Assembly (NCBI RefSeq): GCF_006345805.1
Contig: NW_021832128.1
Span: forward strand, 1 to 64,000
Origin: Octopus sinensis
Taxonomy: Eukaryota
Length of the DNA stretch: 64,000 bases
Reading direction: 5' to 3'
Shown: positions 50,440 through 63,200 of the stretch, piece after piece
Layout: each line of letters begins with the position of its first letter
How positions within the stretch are numbered: the stretch's first letter is position 1
Translations under genes and position numbers: made by a program
Notes under the pieces: generated by a model
What the model was told of the DNA's origin: nothing
The model's database searches: none
The model's input: the letters and a program-made list of their open reading frames with translations, nothing else

Positions 50440-52455
50440 AAAACAGGGTTGGAGTTTGGTCAGGATAAATGTTGCAATATGGTTGTGAAAAGAGGGAAAA
50501 CTGTAAACTAGACTAGCAACATTTCCATCAATTACATAATTGTTTCTCCTATATCTGATGAGGAATGTTATAAATATCTAGGGGTAGATGAAAACATATA
50601 CAATGGTACCTGTAACAAGACACATGTCACGAAAAAATATTACAACTGGATAAGGAAAAAATGGTCCTTGGAACTCTTTGCATTCAATACAACAACAGTG
50701 GCTCACAATGTGTTTGCAGTACCAGTACTCATACCAACATTTGGGCTACTTGAATGGATGCTTGATGAGGTCTGAGCTATTGATGTGAAAACCTGGAAGA
50801 TACTGACCAACACAAATAATTTTCACATCAACAGTGACACAGACTGCCTCTACCTACAACAAAAACAAAGAGGCAGAAGCTTGACATCAATCCAGAGAGT
50901 CTTTCTATGTCATATCATATCCCTTAGGCAACATATTTCAACCACCAAGTCTCGATGTGCAAACCTTGAACAAGTTTGCATAGATGAGACAGAAAACATC
51001 ATGAGACTTGGAAAGCAGCTCCTTGAACAACATTCCTTGTCTGATAACCTTGAATACATGCCCAAAGAAGTTTTTACCATAACACACCAATCAGATAAGT
51101 GTATGTCAGCAGAAAAAACATGCATATATATTGTTACGGGTTTAACTAGTGCAGTATTTCTGACCCACATCGTGGGTGTGGCGCCGGCATGTCTGGTAAA
51201 GGAACTGACAGGTTCTTTGTTTAGTGGGAGACTGATGAGTTTTGGAAGGACCTGTGACCTCGTGCGGTTGAGAAAAGGGTCAGGAGAATGTGAGAGAGGA
51301 GGACAGATGAAGGGCTGAGAGCAAATAGAGATAGAGTATAAGACTAAGGGACAGATAGAGAGGAAGAGTCTGGCAGGCGATAGAGATAGGCAGTAAGGAA
51401 TGAGATAGCAAATAGAAAGGCTATAAGAGGGAGATGAGGGAGTGGAAGCGAGGACAGAGAGGAAGTGAGGTCTTGGCAGTCGTTGAGCGGTCGTCGAGGA
51501 ACACAGACGGATCTTGGAGTCGCTGGCCGGTCCTCGAAGAAGACAGTCGGATCCTGGAAGTCAGAGCGAGTAGATGGAATCTTAGAAGCGTTGGCATCTT
51601 AGCGAGCAAGCTGGGATGCGAGAAAGCTTGGCGGCACAGAAGGGATATGTACAGAGGATTTAGCAGTATTGAGAGGAATGGGACACTGGCGATTCAATTA
51701 GGAATTGAGGTATGTGTTTGTGCATTGATACGTGTCACGATGTATTGAACAGTGGAAAGAACAGTCAAGGACTTGTCGATATGTCGATTATCGACTTGTG
51801 GTATTTATGTTCAGAATTGAGTAAAGGACTTGTTGATGTGACTTTATCTGTGATGTTTAGAAAGAGACTTTAAAGAACTGTTGTCTTTGGACGTGAACTT
51901 TGAACTGTACTCTTGAATTGCTGTTGTATTATGCTTTGATCTGTTGTATGATGTATTGAGTAGTCACGGGCATGTCTTCCTTTAAATGTCTGCCTTAAAT
52001 GTATTTGATGTGTAGCAATTGATTGTCATATAAACTGTTGTTTGAATATAAGCCAGTGTCTCTGTTGCCTTGCCTCTCTTTGGGTTGTATCTCGGGTTGT
52101 GCCTCTGTATCTCTGTGCTGCTGAGGTTGTTGTTGTTGCAGTATCTCTCCTCTCTCTCCTCCTCTTTGGGTTCCGTGGCGAACTAGTGGGCCGTTCGGGC
52201 GAGCGACGACGGGGGATTCCGTAACAATATGTTAGCAGAAAGCTCCAGAATGATAATAACATTGACAATCAAAACAGTCTATCATGGGCCAACAACCAGA
52301 TTACTCTTACTTTGAAAAGTTTGCACACATACACGCATACATGCAAAAATACCCTCTTGATGTTGAAATTTCTATGAAGAAGCCTTGAATCTAGGTTAGA
52401 AACCAGCTCTTACTCTGTTGACAAGAAATTTTGAAATAAAATTGAATAATGATTG
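50440..52455 (+). mobile_element. Dong/R4-type LINE fragment split by a solo LTR, ending in the family 3' UTR
   Basis: GLEFGQDKCC, YKYLG, AHNVFAVPVLIPTFG; the reading continues across the LTR (...KTCI|YVSRKL); 3' end gaaataaaattgaataatg followed by (CATA)n. Confidence 0.82.
51132..52226. mobile_element. Solo LTR (1095 bp), Gypsy type
   Basis: Perfect 8-bp terminal inverted repeat TGTTACGG...CCGTAACA; exact 4-bp TSD ATAT (51128-51131 and 52227-52230). Confidence 0.9.
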
Positions 52456-52544
52456 ATACATACATACATACATACATACATACATACATACATACAGACA
52501 TACAAACATACATACATATATACATACATACATACATACATACA
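52456..52544. repeat. (CATA)n microsatellite
   Basis: Direct inspection. Confidence 0.95.
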
Positions 52545-53535
52545 ACCAAATACCTGATGCACAAAAGGGATAGAGATGCAGGAAAAGCAGGAAAATGTGA
52601 GAACCGGTGTAGATTTTGTGGAGTTAACACTGAAAATATCACCCACATCATAAGCTGTTGTCTGAAAACATCTAAACGTTATTATCTACAGATGAGACAT
52701 GATGCTGTAACTAGGACACTCTATAATGAAATCCATCGGAAAGATAACTCCAAGAACAAAGAAATAGGAATCCACAATATGGTAAAACCCATAACCACTC
52801 ATAATAAAAAGGAATGCTTGTGGAATGTACCTGTTAAGACCTCAATGAAATGGATGCACAACAGACCTAGACCTAATATAATGATTTAGGATAGAGAAGA
52901 GAAACTGTGCACAGTTGTGGAAATTAGCTGCCCAGCAGACGTTAACATAAAGCTGAAGATCAGTGAAAAGAGAACACCTATGCTGAACTATTGAGAAATC
53001 TGCAGTTACTCTATCCAGATTACAAGTTCAGGTTTATACCTGCAATTATTGGGGCATTGGGATATTTAACACACTGCCTAAATACCAATCTTGTGAACTT
53101 AGGCTTCTCAAAACCAGAAAGGAGAAAGCTAATTTGAAGACTACAGATCCACTCCATCACTGAAACTGTAAAAATCTGTAAAACTTTCCAAAAATTTATC
53201 ATTTAAATATATATATGAGCATGTCTAGATATGCAACTATATGCATGAGCTATATACATAAAACAAAACATACAAATCTGCACATACACATGCATACATA
53301 CATACATACATACATACATACATACATACATACATACATACATACATACATACATACGTACATACATACATACATACATACATACATACATACATACATA
53401 CATACATACATACATACATACATACATACATACATACCCTGTTGTTGATGTTGGAATTCTAATGAAAGAGCCTTGGGTCTAGGTTAGAAACTGTCTCTTT
53501 CTCAATTGGCAAGAAATCTTGAAATAAACTGAATA
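52545..53535 (+). mobile_element. Dong/R4-type LINE 3' fragment: CCHC, RLE and 3' UTR with internal (CATA)n at 53293-53437
   Basis: CRFCGVNTENITHIISCC, MRHDAV, HNRPRPNI..DREEKLCTVVEISCPAD. Confidence 0.88.
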
Positions 53536-53546
53536 CATTCATGCAT

Positions 53547-53593
<47 letters not shown>

Positions 53594-53784
53594 ACTGCTA
53601 GCTCTGGCAGAGACAAAATTGATCCCCAAATGCTGAACCACCCACATGGCAAAAAACTACCAGCTAGCTGCATGCCAGAACTTAATATATAAAATATATA
53701 CAGCATGTTTAAACCTCTTCTTCCAAGACCATTGTGAAACTAATAACATCATCACAGCAGAACAAGCACCTGAGAAGAATGAAG

Positions 53785-55500
53785 TCTGGGGATGTAGGTT
53801 TACAGTTTGGTCAGGATAAATGTTGTTATACAGCTATGAAAAGGAGGAAAACTATAAACCAGACAGGTAGCATCTCCATCAATGATTTGACTGTTTCCCC
53901 TGTAACTGACGAGGAATGTTACAAGTATCTAGGAGTGGATGAAAATATATCTTACAGTGGCACCTGTAACAAAACACATGTCACTATAGAATATTACAGT
54001 CAAATACAGAAAATTTGGACCTCAGAACTCTCTGCATTCAATAAAACAGTAGCCCACAATGCGTTTGCAGTGACAGTACTCATACCAACATTTGGGCTGC
54101 TTGATTGGACACTTGATGAGAACCTAGCCATTGATGTGAAAACCTAAAAAATACTAACAAACACACATAATTTCCACATAAACAGTGATGTTGACTGCCT
54201 CTACCTAAACTGTAAACAAGGCGGCAAAAGCTTAACATTCATCCAAAATGCCTTTGAATGTCGCATCATATCCTTTTGGCAACATCTTTTAACCACCAAG
54301 CATCAAAATGCATCCCTTGACCAAGTTTGCATACATGAAGCTGATAACATCATAAGACTTGGAAGGCAGCTCCTTGAGCAACACTCTTTGTCTGATAACT
54401 TAGGATACATGCCCAAAGAAGTCACACAACTCTACCACAACATATCATCAGATGAAAGGATGAGTCTATATGAGCAGAATACTATGTATGGATATGTTAG
54501 CAGAATGCTCTATGATGATGATGATCATCATCATCATCATCGTTTAACGTCCGCTTTCCATGCTAGCATAGGCTGGACAATTTGACTGAGGTCTGGCGAA
54601 CAAGATGGCTGCACCAGACTCCAATCTGATCTGGCAGAGTTTCTACAGCTGGATGCCCTTCCTAATGCCAACCACTCCAAGAGTGTAGTGGGTGCTTTTA
54701 CGTGCCACATGGATAAATAGCTGGATTATTACCTCCCACTTTGAAGGGTATGCATTTGCAATCCAGGTACAGGAAATATCAACTAAGTACCTGATGCACA
54801 AAAGGGATAGATATGTGGGAAAAGCAAGAAAATGTGACAACCAATGCAGACTTTGTGGAGTTAACACTGAAGATATCACCCACATCATAAGTAGTTGTTC
54901 GAAAATGTGTCATCACAATATTATCTACCTATGAGACATAACATTGTAGCTTGGACACTCTATAATGAAATCCATTGGAAGGTTAATTCCAAGGATAAAA
55001 AATAAAAACCCACAATATGGTAGAAATTATAGCCACTTATAGAGAAAAGGAATACTGGTGGAATATACCAGTGAAGACCTCAATAAAATGTAAGCACAAC
55101 AGACCTGATATAACGATTTGGGACAGAGAAGAGAAACTGTGCACAGTTGTGGAAATTAGCTGCCCAGCAGATGTTAACATAAAGCTGAAAGTGAAAAAGA
55201 GAACACCTATGCGGAACTACTGAGAAATCTACAGTTACTCTATCCAGATTACAAGTTCAGGTTTATACCTGTAATTATTGAAGCCCTGGAATATGTAACA
55301 CACTGCCTAAATACCAACATTGAGAAATTAGGCTTCTCAAAACCAGAAAGGAGAAAGCTAATTCAAAGGCTACAGATCCAATCCATCACTGGAACTGTAA
55401 AAATCTGATAAACTTTCCAGAAGTTTATCATTTAAAATTATATAAGAGCACATCTAGATATGTCAAGATACATAAAACATACAAATCTGCACATACATAC
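53785..55500 (+). mobile_element. Dong/R4-type LINE RT-RLE fragment containing an RTE tail insertion
   Basis: GLQFGQDKCC...CRLCGVNTEDITHIISSC...HNRPDITIWD; inverted RTE 3' tail at 54526-54708. Confidence 0.88.
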
Positions 55501-55619
55501 ATGGTGGTGGTTGTCTACTCCTTATGCAGAGTTTGACCACCTCTTGTACCTACACCTTAGCACCATCATGGCATCTCATGTGGGTTTTTAAAAGACACCC
55601 ACATAGATTGCACATTCAA

Positions 55620-56720
55620 GAGCTGCAGATAAGTTATGATCCTTGTAGATCTTAAAATGTCTTTTGAGGCCTTTGTTAGATTTGCAAACTTTCTGACATT
55701 CAAAGGTGTGCACAGACATATAGACAGAATAGTTGGTAGAGGTTCAGTTTCCATGGGTTTGCAAATGAGATTTGAGCCCAGCAAAAGACAGGCATGGTCT
55801 ATCACAAACTGTGCACACAAAAAGGTCATTGCGATTCATCTTCTCAATCATAACATTCTTCCTTAGAACTCTTTTGAGGCTTACATACATTATCCTGGCT
55901 TCTTCAAATGCCTTCACTCCACTTCACACTTTTGTTCACCATCCAACTCAATCCAAAGCAAGGGTTTCTTTGTCTTCTGGATCCATTCCAAGTGACTTCA
56001 TAGTAGTCCTTATACCGTCCTTAAACCTTTTTTTAAGTTTACACTGATAGAGTTTCTCCTCACCAAGCTCACCATAAAACAGCTTATTTCAGCATGCATT
56101 CATTCACCATTCGAACAATATGGCCCACACCATCTCATTTGGTTCCTCAAAATCATAGCTTTAATTGAGGTGATGCCTGCAGATGCAAGGACATCTGTGT
56201 TTGGAATAAAAGAACTCCATTTAATGTTTAAAATGCAATGAAGGCATTTTTGGTGGAATTGTTCTAATAATTTAAAATGCCTTTCATAACAAGTCCATGT
56301 TTCACAAGAATACAACAGGGACGGTAAGACAAATGATTTGTAAAGAGCCAGCTTTGTATTCTTATTTAAATGTCACTGGCACCAAATGCGTGACTCCAAA
56401 CCACCAAATGCTTTTGCTGCCCTTTGAATTCGCAGATGTTTTTCTGTATAAAGATTTCCATCATTTTGTACAGAGCTTCCAAGGTAGATGAACGAATCAA
56501 CAACCTCGAGTAACTTACCCTTAACAAAACTTTTAGGTGGGTTACAAACAGCACCACACACAGGCTGATGCATTGCAACTGTTTGTTTGTTTTTTTTTCA
56601 AGTTGATGGTCAAGCCAAAATCATCACAAGCCAAGTCAAATGCAGATACAAGAGATTGCAGACCTGTTTCAGAATTACTGACAAGATCACTATCGTCAGC
56701 ATATATATGTCAGCAATTGT
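55620..56720 (-). mobile_element. BovB-like RTE RT C-terminus and 3' zinc fingers
   Basis: YADD about 56690, VVDSFIYLGS, MYSCETWT, LFYGEL, CTVCDRPCLSFAGLKSH. Confidence 0.85.
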
Positions 56721-57605
56721 CAGCATATATATGCCAGGTTGCTCTTGAGTGCTACTGGTAACATGTAATCCAGTACAACCTGTCACATGGTTGGGTTGTC
56801 GGCGACTAAACTGGCAACCCCACCAGGCTTTCTTGGTAAGGAGGGTGTTGTTGGACACCCTGTGGGATGAAAAATAAGACCTGTCAAAGAGTGGAGGAAC
56901 TCCTGAACAGACAACAGCCATCCATGAAAATACCTGTAAATATGTATACAGTTTTTGATTTTTTCTTATATGTATATATATATATATAATAAATTAATAA
57001 ATAAATAAAACATATGCATATATACATACATATATGTACGTACCTACCTCTACATATATATATACATGCATATATGGGTACAGGACACCAAAAAAACGTT
57101 GAACACAATGAGAAACAAAAACATAAACACAAAACCAAGGAAATGGACATTTTCTTATACAAATTGAGATAGGGGTTGTGAGTGCAACCCACCATGAGAT
57201 AACATATATCCAATATACTGCCAGTAAAGCACCCAACAAAGTTAATACATAAATGTTAAGAATTGCGATGCAATTAATTCATTTATTGTATTATATGGGC
57301 GAAGGTAAATTATTTTACCACAAATTCATAATACAAAATGAGAAAATGGAGAAATACACCTTAATCAATAATCAACTACCAGATAATACCCATTCACAAA
57401 ATTTATTAACCAACTACATATGAACATCAAGGTCAAACATAAGAGTACAGAACAAAACAGTGCACATCAATGAGTAATATGATACAATAAGTACAATATG
57501 TATGAATAAATATAAATAAATATAAATATAATGGCGGTGCCCCAGCATGGCCACAGCTTGTGAGCTGAAACTAGATAAAAATAAAAAAATAAATAAATAT
57601 AAACT

Positions 57606-57736
57606 ATATCTAACAGCTGTTTCAGCCATGTAGATATGAATATCTCATTATGCTCACATTAGCCAGGTGTGATAAGTAATATGTGGTTATAAATGAGACA
57701 CTTACAAATATATACCAAGGCCTCTTCAGAGATTAT
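57606..57736 (-). ncRNA. Hammerhead ribozyme motif with long stem II (Penelope-like/retrozyme type)
   Basis: Minus strand ATAATCT-CTGAAGA-GGCC-[91 nt]-GGCT-GAAA-CAGCTG-TT-AGATAT; all core nucleotides present. Confidence 0.65.
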
Positions 57737-58011
57737 AAAGTACAATCCAAATATGAATATCAGAGAAGGTAAACCCATACAAGAATGAGTACATCTACAT
57801 AATATATAATATACACATACATATAATTGTATATGCACATGCACCTATATATATATACGTATATACATAATAATATATAATAATATATATACATATATAT
57901 AAGGTTACAGTTAGTCAAATCAATATATTAGAATATTACAATATACAAACATACATATGCAAATGTACATATACAAAGTCAAGAGTTCATTATATTAAGT
58001 TACAAAATGCC

Positions 58012-58016
58012 ATTAA

Positions 58017-58047
<31 letters not shown>

Positions 58048-58116
58048 GTTATTATTATTATTATTATTATTGTTATTATTATTATTATTATTGTTATTGT
58101 TATTATTATTATTATT
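58012..58116. repeat. (ATT)n microsatellite, 5' flank of Tx1 element
   Basis: Direct inspection; a few GTT variants. Confidence 0.97.
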
Positions 58117-58462
58117 CTTTCAAAGTGGATGGACGTATCTCCGGAAGCAGAGTAAGTTTTGTGCCAATTTGATTGGAAATTTGTTTATAAGTTGCAATAT
58201 TTTTGAATATTTGTGTGGCCAAGCCGACTAACTTTTTACAGAGCTAGTTGGCTAGGCAAAATTTTACCCCTTTGGGGGTAAAATTACGTTTTGAAACATT
58301 TACTTTTGCATTTTGTCACATTGAACATTTCCCAAAATGTCGTTAAAAAGAGCAGCTGGCTCTTCCATTCTTTTTACACCACCCCCTCCACAAGAAGAAA
58401 AAAATTTGTTAGCGGTTCCGAACCGCCCATTTCGCGCCGTAAAAGGCAAAGAAAACATTGTA

Positions 58463-60169
58463 ATGGAACCTGCTGGAAAGCAAAACATTCCAAATGAGAA
58501 CGAAAAAGAAGACATCACTTTCGAAGTCATTTTAGATTTCCCTCCTCTGCCTACAGCTAATGTTATAGCACCGAAGGGGGAGGAAAGGAAAAATATGAAT
58601 AACATTGACACAAATATGAAAACAAATCAAAGTGAAAAAACTTCCAACGGTTTTGCTTCTGCTGCAAAGCAAATTTCGGACGAAGTAAAAGTTTCTATAG
58701 AGGATATTAAAATGGCAAAAAAGTTGTTGAGAAAAGAGGGAAACAACTCATACATGACACCAACAAAAAAACTATTTTTTACAAAGTTTTCGACAAGAAA
58801 ACTAAAAGACTATTTAACGCCACATCGCAACAATTAGAAATGGCTCTAAAGCCCATATGGAGCAAAAAGAGCTACGTGACCAGAGGGAAGCGGTTCGGAA
58901 CCGTGGAGGTTCGGAACCGTGGAGGTTCGGAACCGTGGAGGTTCGCTTCCCAACAGAGGAGCAAGCAAGGGCGCATGCCATCTCGCCCTTGTAAAATGAA
59001 AATTTGTTCCTCGTGCCAACGTACCTCGATCGTAGGGTCCAAAAAATAAGAATAAATACAATACCCACCGAACTTAACATCTCATGGCTAGTGGCGGCTA
59101 TCCTCTATGGCATAGAGGACACTGCCACTATTCTAAATGTTCGGAGGGTAAGAGAAAAGAACTGGTCAGGTATGGGTATTGAACTGCTGGTACAGCTCCA
59201 GCAGGAAAACATTAGTGCCATACCTGACTCGGTCATCTTACTGGATGGAACCAGGCTAAACGTTGCTGTAGAGGGGTGAAAGCCAAAATGTATCCTCTGC
59301 AGTAGCGAAAGCCACCTGAAGAGGGACTGCCCCATTCAAAAAAAAAGAATGGAGGCAAACAGTAAGAGGCAGCAACAGCAACAACAACAACAACAACAGA
59401 AACAACAACAACAGCACGAAACACCAAAGGCTGCCACACCACCAACACCATCACCAGCACCAAGACGAACGACACCACCTCCAGCAACAGCAACCACCAA
59501 ACCAACACCAACACCAGTACCTAGAAGGTCGACAGCAGCAAGAAGAGAAGGAGAGAGCTCACCGACGCGGGCACCATCAACAGCAACAAGAGCAGCGGCA
59601 CCACCGATACCGGCGGAACCAACAACTTTTCGTTCTGCTGCTGAAGCAGACCCCTCATCTATTCCTTTGCCGGATGAAGAGTTCTCGGATTGTGCGAGCT
59701 CTGATTCCAACAAAGGAGAATGGAACATGGTGCCTCCAAAAAAGAAAAGGAGGAGAAAACAAAAAGACACACAAGGGAAGCACGAACAAATAGTGCTTCA
59801 CAACATCAACACACTCACAACAAAAAACAACAACAACACTTTCGACAACACTACTGCCACTGCCACACACACAAACACACAGACACAATTACATCAATAA
59901 ACACAAAGAACCAAAAACTAGTGGAGTACTTAAAAGACAAAACTAGTACAAATATAACCGATTTCATCATACCAACACAAAACACACCACCAGCACACAT
60001 TCTCACAATAAAAATAAATGCAAAAACATATGATGAAATCAAACAAATATTCCCTAACGATGTGGGATCGTTAGGGAAAAGTTTCTCGAAGAAACTTTAT
60101 AAAAATATTGTGGAAGCACCTGTGCAAAAGCACAAGGGAGCCACCCCCACCACCAACAACAGTAAGTAG
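58463..60169 (+). pseudogene. Tx1 ORF1 remnant: RRM-like region, CCHC zinc knuckle, poly-Q and Pro/Thr-rich tract
   Basis: RFGTVEVRFPTEEQA...; CILCSSESHLKRDC (CX2CX4HX4C, about 59288-59329); frameshifts near 58815, 58892-58939 and about 59850; in-frame stops near 58991 and 59277. Confidence 0.8.
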
Positions 60170-60209
60170 AGCTTTTTTTTTTTTCCTTTTTTTTCCTTAC
60201 TTTTGAAAC

Positions 60210-63200
60210 ATGGCAAATCTTAGAATCGGTTGCTTGAATGTGAGAGGCCTCGGGTCACCTTGGAAACAGGGTCACCTGTTAAACGACCTGAGGTTTAATG
60301 ATGTGGATGTAGCAGCCATCAGTGAAACCAGGCTCTCCGACCCACAGGAACTCGCAGCCTTTTTCGGCGGATACGAGATATTTCTATCTCCGTGTCGGCC
60401 GGGAGCGGGTGGTGGTGGTACTGCGGTGTTGTTTCGGAAGGGCCTGGACTTGAAAATAAGGACAGTCTTCTTGGATCCGGAAGGTAAGTTGGTGGTCCTC
60501 GACGTGGACGGTAGTGACGGCAATGCTTTCAGACTGCTGGCTGCCTACGCTCCGACAGGAGCAGGGCAGTCGGATTATTTCAAACGTCTGGAAGTTTTCC
60601 TGGGAACATCACGCACTCTAGTGCTAGTTGGGGATTGGAACGCTGTCTTAGACGAACGTTTCGATCGGGTGGGCAGGGGAGCGTCTGATAGGAGAGGGGG
60701 AGGGTGCAAGAGCCTCGCCAACCTACTCAGCCGCTTTCAGCTGTCCGACAGGTTTCGACTAGACAACCCGAATGTGCCAATGTGAACTTGGACCAATCAC
60801 ATCGGGTCGTCTAGATCGTACTTAGATAGAGTGTTTTGTAGGCCAGTGGATAAGGACAGCGTAGGGTGTCCACAATTCCACCTAGTCGACTATACGGACC
60901 ACAAATTAGTGATCTGTACGGTCGACTTAGATAGGCTACATAGACAGGGACCCGGCTACTGGAAGCTGAACGTGTCGTTAACGGCGTGCAAAGCTTACAG
61001 AGACCGGATTAGTTTACTAGTTAAGCGGGCGCTCATGGGGGCAATCATCAACAACAACTGGTGGTTTGCCCTCAAGAGAGCAATTAGAGTAGAGTCGATT
61101 AGGTATAGTAAGACTCTAGCTATTGAACGTAGGAAGAGAGAGCGGGATTTAGTTAAGAAACTAGATGAGACTCTTGAAACTGGCATCGCGACCGACGTGT
61201 TGGCGGCAAGGTTGGCCCTCGACCAACACTTCGACGCCAAACACGAAGGCTGCGTTGTCAGAACTAAGGCACGTTCGCTAAGCGGGGAGGGGACTAGAGC
61301 CGCTCGATGGGCCCGCGTGGCGGAAGCGAAGCGAGGCAACAAAGCAACCATTTGGTCTTTGGTGGACCAGAACGGGCGCGAGGTTACTGAACCGAAGCAG
61401 ATGTGTACGGTGCTTCAGCGGCACTTTGCTCAACTGTTTGGGACGAGCGGTGGAACAGAAAACGGTGCAGACTTCGGTGTGTACCTGGACGGCCTACCGC
61501 AACTCTCGGACAGCGAGGCAGAGTGCTGCGAAGGACCGATATCTGCCTGGGAAGTGGAGGAAGCGATGAAGAGTTGCACGAGAGGTAGATCACCGGGTTT
61601 GGATGGTCTGCCCTACGAGCTTTACGTTTCAATGCCAGACTTGTTTGCGGGCCTGTTGGCAAACGTCTACTGCAACTGGCAGCAAAACGGGAGAATTCCT
61701 GCTTTTGTCTGTCGAGGAGTAGTGGCTTTGCTGAAGAAGGACCCAAACAAGGGGGACGTTATAGGAAATTTTCGGCCCATCACTCTGCTCAATGCAGAGT
61801 TGAAGATTTTGGCCAAGGTGCTAGCCAAGAGATTGGCACTTGTCGTGGACAAGCTGGTCGGAAAGACGCAGACATGCGCCGTGCCGACCAGGTCGATACA
61901 CGACAACCTCCATCTCATGCGCTACATCATAGAGAGGGTGGGTAACGACGCTGGTGCGGGTGGGGCTTTGATCAACTTAGATCAGAGTAAAGCCTTCGAT
62001 AGGGTCGACCATCGAAGCAGCTGTTCTGAAGGCAGCCAGCTTCGGTCCAGTCTTCCGCGGGTGGATAGCTGCTTTATACAGCAACATCTGCTCGGTGATA
62101 CGGGTGAACGGTCACCTTTCGGAACCGTTCGACATCTCGCGTTCGGCCTGCCAAGGATGCCCTCTCTCCTCCCTCTTGTACATTTTGACTCTCGAGCCAT
62201 TACTGCGCAAGTTGGAGGCTTTGAGGGGTATCCTGCACGATCTAGGAGGCGGAAACAGCGTGTCTGCCTATGCCGATGACGTCACCGTGATGGTGTCGAG
62301 CCACAGGCACATTGGCCTGATTGGCGAGACACTAAACCAGTACAAAGCGGTGACAGGGGCAAAGATTAACGTGGAAAAGTCTGTGGGCTTGCAACTGGGC
62401 ACCTGGAGAGGCAAGCCCATGTCGTCCAATAGCGTCGTAGGGTGCTGGACAGACGGACCCATTAAACTGCTCGGGGTCTGGTTCGGTCCGGACCTCCAGG
62501 TGGATAAAAACTGGGAAGAGGTGACGAGCAAGGTGGCACGTCTCACCTAGAAATGGGCCGAGAGGAAGCTGTCCCTGAAAGGTCAAGCGGAGGTGGCGAA
62601 TGCATACATCGCATCCATCATCTATTACCGCTTGACCGTCGTTCCTTGTCCCGACTGCTGGTTGGCCAAGCTGGTACGCCTGCTCTTCGACTTTTTGTGG
62701 AAGGGTCAGGTGCCACTGGTCAGGCGATCCATCTGCTGTCAACGACCGCTGAACGGAGGCCTTGGAATGCCGTGGTTGCTGATGCGCAGACATGCGCTCA
62801 GGCTGCGGCATCTCAAGCGTTTCCTAGACGGTGAACAGGTGTGGTCGTCTTTTGTCAGACGCGATTTTCCACAGCTCCTCTCTTTGACAGAGCTGCAGAC
62901 CTGGATCAAACGTAGACCGAGAAAGGGCGCTTGGCACCTCGAGTGCCGTCAAGCTCTCTCCGCCCTCCGCCAGGCGGGCAATGCAATCGGTTACAGCTCC
63001 ACTCTAGCGTTCTATAGAGGGTTAGTGGAGGAAAAATGCGACGACGTTCTCGGGGAAACTCTAGGCGTTGAAGATGACGAACTGAGCGGTCTGTTCGGAA
63101 GGACTTTCGAGCCGGGGCCGATGGATAATTTCCAGAGGTCGCTCGCCTGGCAGTGTATCTGAGGGGCTCTGCCTGTTCGAGATAAACTCTACCGGCACGG

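Noticed and set aside
50181-53448. MYVC/HTYI-repeat ORFs, and similar ORFs at 288-612, 7765-8034, 21677-22053 and 58007-58231
   Set aside because: They are translations of (TATG)n, (CA)n, (GGAA)n and (ATT)n microsatellites.
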